Below are positions 37,518-47,718 of a DNA stretch of 64,000 nucleotides, piece after piece (position 1 is the first letter of the stretch; the number at the start of each line of letters is the position of its first letter). The DNA is from Deltaproteobacteria bacterium. Its GTDB lineage: Bacteria; Myxococcota_A; Polyangia; Fen-1088. The stretch is from assembly GCA_033763315.1 (NCBI GenBank), contig JANRKS010000035.1:1-64000 (forward strand). Reading direction: 5' to 3'. Below the pieces are notes generated by a model, which saw only the letters and a list, made by a program, of their open reading frames with translations, did no database searches and was not told the DNA's origin. Position numbers and translations under genes: made by a program.

Positions 37518-39320
37518 TTGAGTTTCACCATCACATACGGAGCGGAACGGTACGCAACCACGTTGCCTACCGCGGCGTCTGCGCAAGCGGTGGGAGCCTT
37601 GTTGCCGGTGGCCGCACTCAAAGGCATTCGCGAACTGGCAGATCCCCGCGGCGAAGGCACCAACGGGGTGGCGCACCAAGTGTTTGGTCGCAAGCGCGCC
37701 GCGGATCTCGTCGCGCGCAGCCGTGCCGCGGATCTACAAGCCACAGCCGTGGCCACGAGTGACGCTTCGGATCGCGTGATCACCGTGCACCAAACCGCCA
37801 AAGCGGCCGCCAGTCTCTCTGCGGGGTTTGCACAAGGCGAAAGTCTGCAAGCCGGATCGCTGTCGTTTGCGATAGACGGCCGCGACTATTCTGTGGGCAT
37901 CGCACGCGGTGCTTCCTTGGGCGACGTGGCAGAGGCGATTCGCGGCACCGGCGCCGACGTCGATGCATCGGTGTCAGTGGAAGATGGCCAGCAACGCTTG
38001 TCGTTGGTTCGCCGGTCCACTGGATACCTCACAAGCCTCGGCGCCGAAAGCGCCTTGAGCATTCGTGAATCCTTTGACGGCGGCGAAGGGCGAACGCTGG
38101 ATCTCGCTCCCGTTCAAACAGCGCAGAACGCACGGGTCACCGTTGATCAACAAACCATCGAGCGCCGATCAAACACAATAAGCGACGCTGTGCCCGGCAC
38201 AACGTTGCGGATCGATGAGAACACGGGGCGCTCGCAAGTGCTTGAGGGGCGCGACGCCGCCACGTTGTCCCGCGGGGGCAGCGTGAGCGCGTTCACGGTG
38301 AGCGTGCAACAGATCGCGGCGGCCGCTGAGGCGCGCTCAACAGAGTTCGCGTCGCCGTACGATCAGGTGCAAGGGGGCAACGTTCTCATCAAGGTCGATG
38401 GTGGCCAGTATTGGATCCCCGTCAATGAAGGCGCCAGTCTTATGCAGACCGCCGCAAGCATCAACGCTTCTGGCGCGCCCGTACAAGCAAGTCTGCAACG
38501 GCAGGACACCGGGGTGTCCTTGGCCATCACGGCAAAGCAAACGGGCTTTGAACCGGGCACCAACCCGGGCGATGCCTTGCAAGTGTCATTCGAGGCGACG
38601 GGCAGCGCGGGCAAGAGTTTGACCTTCGCTGTGGTACGGCAGGCACAAAACGCACAAGTGTCTCTGAACGGCCAGGCCATCGAAAGCCGCTCAAACGAAT
38701 TGGCGAGCGCCGCGGGCATTCCTCGCTTGTCATTGAAAGAACCCACCAGCGCGCCTCAAACGCAAGGGGCCGCGCCCGACCCGACGAAGCTGAGTGAACG
38801 GCCGACCGCCGCAGCTCAAGTCGCGCGCCTGCTGCAGGAACAAGTCGTGGCGCTTGTTGCACAACCCGTCGAGGCTGGGGTTGCGGCGGCACAAGCGAAA
38901 AAGCTTTACGCGGCCGTTGACGACAAGACCGCGGGCCCGGCCAGCAAAGCCACGGCAAAGCTCAAGCCGCAGGACAAGCCCACGGATGCGAACGCTTCAC
39001 GGTCTGCTTCGCCGACAAATGCCGACGGTGCCAACAGTGTGTTGGCAAGTGCTTTGGCCGAGTCCGCCAACGAGGCACCCGTCGAGGCCGTGGCGCCCGT
39101 TGGCGCTGAGGACACCCAACCCCAAAAGGGCGCTCTAGGCGCCCTTCTTGAGCAACTCAAGAACGGACCGCCTAAAGCTGAACGCAGCAAGCCGTCGCCT
39201 TACGCACCACCCAATGAGGAAACCAAAGCGGGCGGGTTCAGCAAAGAATCTCTTTATGCCAGCCACAGGCACGCGCTTGGCCGCAAAGCCAAACACGCCT
39301 ACGCGCAACACGCGGCATAA
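37518..39320 (+). CDS. Atypical FliD-like (filament cap) protein with duplicated head region
   Basis: Two copies of V.Q.A.A..., SL...A..I...G..V.AS, and AQNA.V..dgq.IE.RSN. Ala/Pro-rich C-terminus. Confidence 0.65.
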   Translation: MSFTITYGAERYATTLPTAASAQAVGALLPVAALKGIRELADPRGEGTNGVAHQVFGRKRAADLVARSRAADLQATAVATSDASDRVITVHQTAKAAASLSAGFAQGESLQAGSLSFAIDGRDYSVGIARGASLGDVAEAIRGTGADVDASVSVEDGQQRLSLVRRSTGYLTSLGAESALSIRESFDGGEGRTLDLAPVQTAQNARVTVDQQTIERRSNTISDAVPGTTLRIDENTGRSQVLEGRDAATLSRGGSVSAFTVSVQQIAAAAEARSTEFASPYDQVQGGNVLIKVDGGQYWIPVNEGASLMQTAASINASGAPVQASLQRQDTGVSLAITAKQTGFEPGTNPGDALQVSFEATGSAGKSLTFAVVRQAQNAQVSLNGQAIESRSNELASAAGIPRLSLKEPTSAPQTQGAAPDPTKLSERPTAAAQVARLLQEQVVALVAQPVEAGVAAAQAKKLYAAVDDKTAGPASKATAKLKPQDKPTDANASRSASPTNADGANSVLASALAESANEAPVEAVAPVGAEDTQPQKGALGALLEQLKNGPPKAERSKPSPYAPPNEETKAGGFSKESLYASHRHALGRKAKHAYAQHAA

Positions 39321-39368
39321 GTTGCGTGCTTTGCACCCTAACCAGCCAGCCGCTACGCTGGCTGAACG

Positions 39369-40157
39369 ATGACCCCACCACGCACGCGTTCGCGAATCTG
39401 GCTGACCCTAGCGGCGCTAGCGTCTTTCACGGTGGGTGCCGCTGTGATCGACAGATGGACGGTGCAGGCGAGCAGCATCGTTCCCAAGTTAACTTGGTTC
39501 GGCCAAGCGTGCTTTTTGATGGAGACGCCTCAGGGCACCCGCGTGTTGATGGATCCCACCTCGACAGCCGCCACGCAACCCTTGCCCGAAAGCATCGCCG
39601 CGGACCTCGTGACAGTGAGTCACGAACACGGGGATCACAACAACATCAAACTGGCCTTCGGCACACCCAAAGTGCTGCGTGGCCTCACGCCCGACAAGAA
39701 GGGGTGGATGAAGATCAACGAGAAATATCGTGATCTCTCTGTGCGCACCATTGGCGTGTACCACGACGATGAGCTTGGGCGCGAGCGCGGGTTGAACTCG
39801 ATCTTTGTCTTCGAGGTGGCGGGCATGCGTATCGCGCATTTGGGGGATTTGGGGCACACCCTCACCGATCGCCAACTTTCTGATCTGGGGCAGGTCGATG
39901 TGGTCCTGGTGCCTGTGGGCGGCACGTTTACGATCGACGCAGAGCGTGCCGCGCGCGTGGTGGATCAGATCCGCCCGCGGCTCATTGTTGTGCCCATGCA
40001 CTACGCCACCAAAGGCAGCACCAACAAAGACCTGGCCTCGGTCGATGCGTTCATCGCAGGCCGCCCTCACGTCCGGCGCGTGGACAGCAATACGTTGGTT
40101 CTCAATGCCATCAAGAAGCGCCCCGGCGCCGAAGTGGTGGTGATGAACTACAATTGA
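39369..40157 (+). CDS. MBL-fold metallo-hydrolase
   Basis: WFGQAC, MDP, SHEHGDH, HLGD, PMHY. N-terminal signal or TM. Confidence 0.9.
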   Translation: MTPPRTRSRIWLTLAALASFTVGAAVIDRWTVQASSIVPKLTWFGQACFLMETPQGTRVLMDPTSTAATQPLPESIAADLVTVSHEHGDHNNIKLAFGTPKVLRGLTPDKKGWMKINEKYRDLSVRTIGVYHDDELGRERGLNSIFVFEVAGMRIAHLGDLGHTLTDRQLSDLGQVDVVLVPVGGTFTIDAERAARVVDQIRPRLIVVPMHYATKGSTNKDLASVDAFIAGRPHVRRVDSNTLVLNAIKKRPGAEVVVMNYN

Positions 40158-40236
40158 GCCGGCCGCGCGCAGCCGGTTTGCGAGCGACGACTTGACGTAC
40201 TGGCGCACAATGCCCAAGCTGGCTGGTTGAGGCCCC

Positions 40237-41049
40237 GTGACCTTCCCCACAATCGACTTCATAACAGCGGCCCGAACCAGAACCTCGGTGGCAGCCGCCT
40301 TGGCCCTGGCTTGCTGCGTGTCAGGCACATTCGCAAACGCTCAGTCAGAAGCGATCTCGTCGACCGCACAGGGTTACCGTTCGCCAAAGCACTGGGCGAT
40401 GGAGCTTCGGATGGGGCCCTACCGCCCTGACATCGACAGTGAGTTTGGTGACGTACCCGAGGCCCAGCGGCCGCACCAACTCTACTTTGGCAACAAACGT
40501 CGCCTGCTCAGCCAAATTGAACTCGACTATCAAATTTGGAACGGTTTCGGCTCCCTCGGCATCGGCGCGCAGGTTGGTTATTTTCGCGAAACCGCCAAAG
40601 CGTTCGTCGCGCCCACTGACGGCAGCGTGCCAAGCGTACGTTCGGGCGATGACACGCGGTTGATGCTTGTGCCCACGTCGTTGTCGCTGGTGTATCGCCT
40701 TGACGTGGCGGCCGTGCGGCTTGGAATTCCGCTTGTGCCCTACGCGAAGGCCGGCATCGATTGGGTGTATTGGTCGGTGGCCAACGGCAACGGCGGTGTG
40801 GCGGCGGACAAATCGACCAACAGCAAAGGCCGAGGCGATGCCACCGGTTATCACGGCGCCGTTGGGTTGTCGCTTCTGCTCGACATCTTTGATCCAGGCG
40901 CTTCGCAAGAATTCGATGCCGAAACAGGCGTGAACCACACGTACCTGTTCTTCGAGCTGGCTCGTTATGAGATCAACGGGCTCGGCTCAAAAGCTCAACC
41001 CCGTTTGGGCGACACAACGTGGTCTGCCGGCTTTATGTTCGAGTTCTAG
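40237..41049 (+). CDS. Outer-membrane beta-barrel protein (MXAN_2562-like)
   Basis: Signal peptide, GPYRPDID.EF, PLVPY.K.G, D.ETGVNHTYLF, terminal Phe (FMFEF). Confidence 0.75.
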   Translation: MTFPTIDFITAARTRTSVAAALALACCVSGTFANAQSEAISSTAQGYRSPKHWAMELRMGPYRPDIDSEFGDVPEAQRPHQLYFGNKRRLLSQIELDYQIWNGFGSLGIGAQVGYFRETAKAFVAPTDGSVPSVRSGDDTRLMLVPTSLSLVYRLDVAAVRLGIPLVPYAKAGIDWVYWSVANGNGGVAADKSTNSKGRGDATGYHGAVGLSLLLDIFDPGASQEFDAETGVNHTYLFFELARYEINGLGSKAQPRLGDTTWSAGFMFEF

Positions 41050-41805
41050 ATGGAGGAAAAGCGCGTCCTTCACAGAACGCTTCGCTTGGTGGTGGAGTAC
41101 GATGGGACTGATTTTTGCGGGTGGCAACGGCAAGACAACGGGCGCACCGTTCAACAGACGTTGGAAGAAGCGTTCGAGATCATACTGAAGCATCCTGTGA
41201 CCGTGCGCGGGGCTGGTCGCACGGACGCGGGCGTGCACGCCTACGGGCAAGTCGCGGCGGTTGACATCGACGAGACGATCCCTGCCTATGGTTTCTTGCG
41301 CGGCCTCAACGCCCATTTGCCAGAAGACGTGGCCATCGTTGAGTTGGCCGATGCCACACCGGGGTTCGATCCGCGGCGCGCGGCGCGCGGCAAGATCTAC
41401 CGCTATTCGATCTGGAATCACCCCTTACGCTCGGCGATGAACCGCCGGACCGCGTGGCACGTCAAACCGACGTTAGATCTGGAAAAGATGCACGTAGCCG
41501 CAGCGAAGATCGAAGGCGAACACGATTTCAAAGCGTTTCGCGCCGCCGACTGCGAACGACCGTCCACGCGGCGGCTGATGCGCCGGGTGAGCGTGCGCCG
41601 ACAAGGCGCTCTCATCACGATCGAAGTGGAAGGCACCGCCTTTCTCAAGAACATGGTGCGCATCATCGCTGGCACATTGGTGGGCGCCGGGCTCGGTAAG
41701 ATCGCGGCAGAGCGCATCGATGAGGCGCTGGTCACAGGCGAACGCACTTTGGCGGGCGTCACGGCGCCACCACAGGGGTTAGCCCTTGTTCACGTGCTCT
41801 ATTAG
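41050..41805 (+). CDS. truA: tRNA pseudouridine(38-40) synthase
   Basis: YDGT.F.GWQ.Q, GRTDAGVHA, GEHDF.AF, FL.NMVR, TAPPQGL. Confidence 0.96.
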   Translation: MEEKRVLHRTLRLVVEYDGTDFCGWQRQDNGRTVQQTLEEAFEIILKHPVTVRGAGRTDAGVHAYGQVAAVDIDETIPAYGFLRGLNAHLPEDVAIVELADATPGFDPRRAARGKIYRYSIWNHPLRSAMNRRTAWHVKPTLDLEKMHVAAAKIEGEHDFKAFRAADCERPSTRRLMRRVSVRRQGALITIEVEGTAFLKNMVRIIAGTLVGAGLGKIAAERIDEALVTGERTLAGVTAPPQGLALVHVLY

Positions 41806-42563
41806 ACAGCGAGCTCGGTGACCGCAGCAGGCGACTGGCGCAAAGACGCGTTCCTATCCGGCCCAAGGCGCTTGGCGATTTCGGCATGAACGCGCTCAAG
41901 CACCTCTTCCCGATCGGCGCCTGTGAGTCCTGCGGTGGAAATCGGCGGCGCCAAAACCACCTCGACGCGCCCCGGACGAATGCGCATGGTTTTGGCCGGG
42001 ATGAGATCGAAGGTGCCACGCACCACCACGGGGACGATCGGCACCCCCGCGGTCAACGCGAGGTGAAAGCCGCCCTTTTTGAACTCTTTGAGACGGCCGT
42101 CGCGGGCCCGCGTTCCTTCTGGGAACACCAACACTGACACGCCTTCACGAATGCGGCGCGCGGCTTCGTCAATGCTGCGCCGAGCGGCGTGCGGGTTTTG
42201 ACGATCGATGAACACAAAACGACCACAGCGCAGAGCCCAACCGAAAAACGGAATGGAGCCGAGCTGTTTTTTCGCAATCATCCGCACGCGCATGGGCAGA
42301 ACCGAAAACAAAGCCCAGATGTCCGCTGACGAGACGTGGTTCGACATAAAGACATAGGGCTGGTTCAGATCAAGCTCTTGCTCGACCGTCATGTGAACCT
42401 TCATGCCTGTCACGAAGGCCAAGGTTTTTCCCCAAGCGCGCGCAAGGTCGATCACCTTATCGCCAGATTTATCGATCAGCCGCGCGCCGTACGCCAAGAA
42501 GCAAAAGACGAACGTGCAGACCGCAACAAGGCAAGTGTTAAGAACGCTTCTAATGAACCCCAA
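41802..42563 (-). CDS. plsC: 1-acyl-sn-glycerol-3-phosphate acyltransferase
   Basis: NHVSSAD (HX4D), FIDR, FPEGTR, FKKGGF. Confidence 0.9.
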   Translation of the reverse strand: MGFIRSVLNTCLVAVCTFVFCFLAYGARLIDKSGDKVIDLARAWGKTLAFVTGMKVHMTVEQELDLNQPYVFMSNHVSSADIWALFSVLPMRVRMIAKKQLGSIPFFGWALRCGRFVFIDRQNPHAARRSIDEAARRIREGVSVLVFPEGTRARDGRLKEFKKGGFHLALTAGVPIVPVVVRGTFDLIPAKTMRIRPGRVEVVLAPPISTAGLTGADREEVLERVHAEIAKRLGPDRNASLRQSPAAVTELAV

Positions 42564-42613
42564 AACGCCGTAATGCTAGCACCTGGGCGTTCCGGGTGAA
42601 GCCGGCAAATGCG

Positions 42614-43888
42614 CTAAAAACGCGGGTTTCGCAGCCGTTTGACGTCCACGCCGTCCAACATGCCGCGGACAGTAACAAGCAGATCTTGTGGCGAAAATGG
42701 CTTGTGCACGAAGGTGTCGTTGTCGCCCATTTCGTTGGGATCAAAAATACGGCTGTCGGAGTAGCCAGACATGAACACCGCGCGCAAACCGGGCTGCCGC
42801 AGCCGCAGACGGTTGACGAGATCGCGCCCGCCGAGCCCGGGCATAACCACGTCGGTCAAGACCAGGTTTACGGTGCCAGCCTGTTGCAGCAATTCGTCCG
42901 CCTCAGCGCCGTTGCGGGCTTCAAGCACCTGGTAACCCTGCTGCAAAAGCAGCCGCTTGGCCAGCTCACGAACCAGGGCTTCATCCTCCACAAGCAGCAC
43001 CGTTTCCGTGCCGATCGGCAGCGATGCAAAGGGTGGTGACAGGGCGCTGGCCTCCGCGCGCGGCGCGCTTTGTTGACCCACAAAATGCTGCTGCAAAAGG
43101 CGCCGCTCGGTTGAATCGATGCCCATGCCGGCGAGCAACGCCGGTCCCTCGCCATCCTTCAACGGAAACTTCAACGTGAAGAAGACACGCGGTCCTTGCG
43201 GCGTGGGCACCACCTCTTCAACAGCTTTGGGCAAGCCCGTGGTGAGGACTTCTAAGTCGCTCGCGCGAATGGGCACTGAAAATTCGAGCGGCCACAAATC
43301 CGCATCCGTTTTGCCGTGCCATTGCCCCGGCGCCAAACCAACCCGCTGCATGAACGCCGGGTTCACGTAAACGAAACGGCCCTCTTCGTCCTTGAGAAAA
43401 GCGATCGCAGGGCTGTTCTTCATGAACGCCTCGAACCGCGCTTCACTGGCTGCAAGCGCGGCCTCTGCGGTTTTGCGGCGGGTGATGTCGATGCAATAAC
43501 CTGTGCATTCGAAAGGCTCGCGCATCGGATCCATATCGGGCAGCAAGCGCACTTCGTTTTGCAACCAGCGGTAAGAGCCATCGCGGTGGCGAATGCGGTA
43601 CTCCCACAAACGGGCGCCTTCGGCGAGCAGACTCACGGCGGCGCGTTCAGGAAGGGCACCGCGATCTTCAGGATGCACGCGTGACAACCAAAAGGAGGCG
43701 TCACCAAGCACCTCGGAAGCCTCGAAGCCCAAAATGCTGCGGACGTTGGGGCTTAGGTATGAAAAGGTCCACAAGCGACCCAACGTGCACGTGTAGACGA
43801 TGGCCGGGTTGTGCTCCAACAAACGGTCGAGCAGTTGGCTGCTTACGCTGCCTCGGCTCCCCGCACCCCACCCTCCGCCCTCAGACAT
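42614..43888 (-). CDS. PAS-PAS-receiver protein lacking a histidine kinase core
   Basis: PAS3 (SP....LG, VHPEDR, EYRIRHRDG..RW, DITRRK), PAS4 (KDEEGRFVYVN), and REC (LLVEDE, TDVVMP, KPF). Confidence 0.85.
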   Translation of the reverse strand: MSEGGGWGAGSRGSVSSQLLDRLLEHNPAIVYTCTLGRLWTFSYLSPNVRSILGFEASEVLGDASFWLSRVHPEDRGALPERAAVSLLAEGARLWEYRIRHRDGSYRWLQNEVRLLPDMDPMREPFECTGYCIDITRRKTAEAALAASEARFEAFMKNSPAIAFLKDEEGRFVYVNPAFMQRVGLAPGQWHGKTDADLWPLEFSVPIRASDLEVLTTGLPKAVEEVVPTPQGPRVFFTLKFPLKDGEGPALLAGMGIDSTERRLLQQHFVGQQSAPRAEASALSPPFASLPIGTETVLLVEDEALVRELAKRLLLQQGYQVLEARNGAEADELLQQAGTVNLVLTDVVMPGLGGRDLVNRLRLRQPGLRAVFMSGYSDSRIFDPNEMGDNDTFVHKPFSPQDLLVTVRGMLDGVDVKRLRNPRF

Positions 43889-43891
43889 CGA

Positions 43892-44305
43892 TCACTTGCC
43901 TTTTGTCGCGGGAGCCGCAGCTGTTGAACCGCCATCGTCAAGCTCAACGAGGACACCGTAGATGATGCCCACCAAGGCGCCAAAGACAAACGGGATCTGA
44001 ACCAACGGCAGGCCTTGCACACCCAAAGAAGCGGGCAACGGCGCCGTGACCCGCCCCAAAAGCTTTTGGCCACCAAAGTACAACAGGCTGCTGAGCGCCG
44101 CGCCCACCAGGCCTTTGACCACGGGGGTCCACAATGTCTCTTGCCGCCACAGCGGTTTGCCGCAAACAACGCCCGCCAGAAAACCGATTACGGCGTAAAC
44201 GAGATACCCCATGGCTCCCTGCCCCAGGCCAAGGCGAAACGCGCCGTAGCCTACGCCCGCACCAACGATGCCGCCCTTGAGTAAGCCAGTGATGATTCGG
44301 AACAT
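43892..44305 (-). CDS. Small multi-TM membrane protein
   Basis: About four Gly-rich hydrophobic segments. Ends 3 bp before the PAS-REC start. Confidence 0.7.
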   Translation of the reverse strand: MFRIITGLLKGGIVGAGVGYGAFRLGLGQGAMGYLVYAVIGFLAGVVCGKPLWRQETLWTPVVKGLVGAALSSLLYFGGQKLLGRVTAPLPASLGVQGLPLVQIPFVFGALVGIIYGVLVELDDGGSTAAAPATKGK

Positions 44306-44360
44306 GGGGAACCGAGTATAGCGCCGAAAGCCTGCAGTCGCCTCGCGTCGCTACTAAACG

Positions 44361-45851
44361 TTAAAGCGGCGGCTGGACTGGCGCCGACGCGACGTTCTTC
44401 TCGTCGCCGGCGGATGAGTTGTGCGCGAGTTTGGCGTCCAGGGCATCCAAGGCACGCACCTCACTGGCAATGGCTTCACGATAAGCTTTGGGTCGACCCA
44501 CAGGGTTGTCCCGCATGCCTTTGACCTTCATCGGATCTACGTAGCCACCGTTTAAGGTCAGGCCAAAGTGCAGATGCGGGCCTGTGGACAGCCCCGTGGT
44601 TCCCACATAGCCGATCACCTGCTTTTGTTGAACGCGCGCTCCCGCCACGACGCCCTTGGCGAATTTGCTGAGATGATAATACCGCGACTGGTATCCGCTC
44701 TCGTGACGTATCACCACCGTATTGCCCGAGCCGCGCTTCATCGACGCTTCAACCACTTTGCCATTCGCTGCGGCCCAAACGGGTGTGCCGGTGGGAGCCG
44801 CATAATCGATGCCCAGGTGAGCACGCGTCATGTGCAACACGGGGTGAAACCGCTTCAGATCGAATTTCGAGCTCACGCGAACGTAGCGCAGCGGGGTCTT
44901 GAGAAAGCTTTTTGCAATGGCCTGGCCCTTTTCATCAAAATAACCTTCGCGTTTTCCCTCCACGTACCGAAAGGCTCTAAAGCGACCCACTTTGCCGCCG
45001 TATTCGGCCGCCAGAACGTGCCCGTAACCCTGAAAGCGCCCTTCAAGATAGCGCTTCTCGATCACGACCTTCCAGTGATCGCCCGGGTGTTGGTCGGTAT
45101 AGAAGTTGATGTCCCAGGCGAACAAATCCACCAGCATGGCGACCAATGCGGGTGACTCGCCCGCGTTCTGAACAGAGCCGTACAGCGAAGAGTCGATGCG
45201 GCCCACAACATTCTCGACACGCAATTCGACCGGCTTTTCATGCTTCGATGCCACCCATGTGCCATCCGCTTGCCGAGACACAACCACCGTGACGACTTGG
45301 CTGGGTCGATACTCCATGCGTTCGGGTTGGCCGGATTCATCAAACGCCAGAACATATTTGTGGCCTGGCCAAATCGTTTTTGGATCTACGATTTTCGCCA
45401 GCGCCGCCGAGACAGTGAGCGCGACGTCACCAAAGCCTTCGCGTGCCAACACCGTGCTCAGGGAATCTTGTTTGCCAAACTCACCCTCGATCACGCGGCT
45501 TTGGTTGTCGCCCGCGGCAATGGCGCCGGCGGCGGCTTCTTTGCGCTCGGTGCCCGGGGTGGCGGCCAATTCACCCGCGTGGCTTAGATCTGCCAACCGT
45601 TCGGCTTTTTGGTCTACCAAAGACTGGCTGAGCGAGGTGGGCGCGACCGCGACGTCAGGTTTGCCTTTGCGAAAGTAAAAGACATAGACGTTAACAGCCG
45701 TAAGCCCCACGAGCAGCAGGACCAGCCGCGTAGATCCCCGCGACGCCAAGGGGCGACGACGGCGCTTTGCAGGAATGGGTGAGGCAGCCACGCCCCCAAG
45801 ACGAGCACGCAAGCGAACCGACGTCAACTTAGGGCGACGAGGCGAACGCAT
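44361..45851 (-). CDS. M23 family peptidoglycan DD-metalloendopeptidase (MepM-like)
   Basis: N-terminal TM, RFHPVL...RAHLGIDYAAP, YYHLS, TGPHLHF. Confidence 0.9.
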   Translation of the reverse strand: MRSPRRPKLTSVRLRARLGGVAASPIPAKRRRRPLASRGSTRLVLLLVGLTAVNVYVFYFRKGKPDVAVAPTSLSQSLVDQKAERLADLSHAGELAATPGTERKEAAAGAIAAGDNQSRVIEGEFGKQDSLSTVLAREGFGDVALTVSAALAKIVDPKTIWPGHKYVLAFDESGQPERMEYRPSQVVTVVVSRQADGTWVASKHEKPVELRVENVVGRIDSSLYGSVQNAGESPALVAMLVDLFAWDINFYTDQHPGDHWKVVIEKRYLEGRFQGYGHVLAAEYGGKVGRFRAFRYVEGKREGYFDEKGQAIAKSFLKTPLRYVRVSSKFDLKRFHPVLHMTRAHLGIDYAAPTGTPVWAAANGKVVEASMKRGSGNTVVIRHESGYQSRYYHLSKFAKGVVAGARVQQKQVIGYVGTTGLSTGPHLHFGLTLNGGYVDPMKVKGMRDNPVGRPKAYREAIASEVRALDALDAKLAHNSSAGDEKNVASAPVQPPL

Positions 45852-45887
45852 GACCAAGCCAACGATGTGTAAGTGGGGTAACAAAGC

Positions 45888-47585
45888 CTACGCGCGGCGA
45901 CGCCCCTTGAGCTTTTCGCCTCGCGCGCGCCGCAACATCTGGCGTGCGTGCTCAGCCGCTTCGGGGGTGGGCTCAACACCGCCCAGCATGCGCGCCATTT
46001 CCTCCTCGCGCTCCGCTTCGTTCAACACGCGCACTTCGGCCACCGTGCGGCCATCGTGGACATGCTTTTCAACCTTGAGGTGCCGATCAGCGAAGGCAGC
46101 AATCTGGGCCAAATGCGTGACGGCAAACACCTGCCGCTTCGTTGCGATAGACCGGATCTTGAGACCGATGACCTCAGCCACCGCGCCGCCAACGCCGGAA
46201 TCCACCTCATCGAACACATACGTGGAGGTTTGATCGGCCTGGGCCAAAGCTTGTTTGACTGCCAACATGATGCGCGACAATTCACCGCCCGAAGCAATTT
46301 TTGCAAGCGGTCGCGGCGGCTCCCCTGCGTTCGGCGCAAACTGGAACGTCACACGATCGCGGCCCGTAGGGCCAAGGCCGTCACTGCCCCGATCTTCAAC
46401 CTCAACCGCCACACGCGCACCCTTGAGGCCAAGCTCCGAAAGCGTGGCGTCGATGGATTTGCTTAGGCTTCGCGACGCTTGCCGACGTCGCGCCGCGAGC
46501 TCCTGCGCCAGAACGTTCGCGCGATCCCGTGCCACGCCCAAGGCTTGGCGTCGTTCAGATAAAGAATCTTCGTAGCTGCCAAGCTCCGCCAAGGCCTTGG
46601 TCAGCTGATCGCGGTTCGCAATGGCCGTCTCAAGCGAGCCGCCATGTTTCCGCGTGAGCCTGCCGATCAAATAGAGCCGCTCTTCAATCTGCTCCAGCCG
46701 TTGTGGATCGAAGCGAACCGTCGAAGCGTAGCGACCCAGATCGCGGGCCACATCTTCGACCAACGCTTGCGCTTCAGCCAAACGTTCTGCAGAGGCGCCG
46801 AAATCAGCATCCAAACGGGCCAGAGCCTCGAGTTCGCGCACCACACCACCAATTAAGCCCACCGCCGCCACCTCAGCCGAATACAACACCTGTTCGCCAC
46901 GAGCAGCGGCAGCCAAGAATTTCTCCGCGCCTTTTACGCGTTCACGTTCGAGCCGCAGCGATTCATCTTCGCCGGGAACGAGGTTGGCTTCTTCAAGCTC
47001 ACGCACTTGAAAGCGCAAGAAATCTTCGCGCTCAGCCCGCGTGCGCGCATCGGCCTCGAACGCGGCCACCTCAGCGGCGGCCTTCGATAAGTGAGCATGC
47101 GCCTCAGCCATTTGATCGAGAAGATCGTGATTGTCGGCGTAGCTATCGACGATGGCCATTTGGCTTTCGGGATCCATCAACGACTGCTGATCGTGCTGTG
47201 ACGTAATGTCGATCAGGCTGCCCACCACTTGCGACAATTCACCCGCGGTGGCCAATCCGCCCCCGAGGTAGACGCGCCCCTTGCCCGTCTTCGACAAAAT
47301 TCGACGCACGAGAAGGCCGTCATCGACCTGCCGGCCTTGCGCCGCCAGAGCCTCTAGACGGGAATCGCCCTGCCGCAGCGAAAACACGGCCTCGACCTGT
47401 GCCTCGTTGCTGCCCGACCGCACAAGCTCGGTTCGCGCGCGCCCCCCTCGCAGCAAACCAAGCGCATCGACCAAAATGCTTTTGCCTGCACCGGTTTCGC
47501 CGGTGATGACGGTGAAGCCTGGCCCCAACGACAATTCGAGCTCATCAATGAGGGCCAACCCTGAGACGCGGAGAAATGAAAGCAT
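45888..47585 (-). CDS. recN: DNA repair protein RecN
   Basis: TGETGAGKS, QHDQ, ASGGELSR, FDEVD, THLAQIA. Start ATG 47585. Confidence 0.96.
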   Translation of the reverse strand: MLSFLRVSGLALIDELELSLGPGFTVITGETGAGKSILVDALGLLRGGRARTELVRSGSNEAQVEAVFSLRQGDSRLEALAAQGRQVDDGLLVRRILSKTGKGRVYLGGGLATAGELSQVVGSLIDITSQHDQQSLMDPESQMAIVDSYADNHDLLDQMAEAHAHLSKAAAEVAAFEADARTRAEREDFLRFQVRELEEANLVPGEDESLRLERERVKGAEKFLAAAARGEQVLYSAEVAAVGLIGGVVRELEALARLDADFGASAERLAEAQALVEDVARDLGRYASTVRFDPQRLEQIEERLYLIGRLTRKHGGSLETAIANRDQLTKALAELGSYEDSLSERRQALGVARDRANVLAQELAARRRQASRSLSKSIDATLSELGLKGARVAVEVEDRGSDGLGPTGRDRVTFQFAPNAGEPPRPLAKIASGGELSRIMLAVKQALAQADQTSTYVFDEVDSGVGGAVAEVIGLKIRSIATKRQVFAVTHLAQIAAFADRHLKVEKHVHDGRTVAEVRVLNEAEREEEMARMLGGVEPTPEAAEHARQMLRRARGEKLKGRRRA

Positions 47586-47718
47586 ACTGATTACCCGTTC
47601 ACTGTTTTTCTGTTCAGTATTATCGGGCAAACCTTGCCAAAAGTTGCTGTTTTTTTTTCGATCGCCGGTAACGCCTGAAGAACACTGCGCATTTTCAGGC
47701 GGCGGCGGCCGGGATGGA

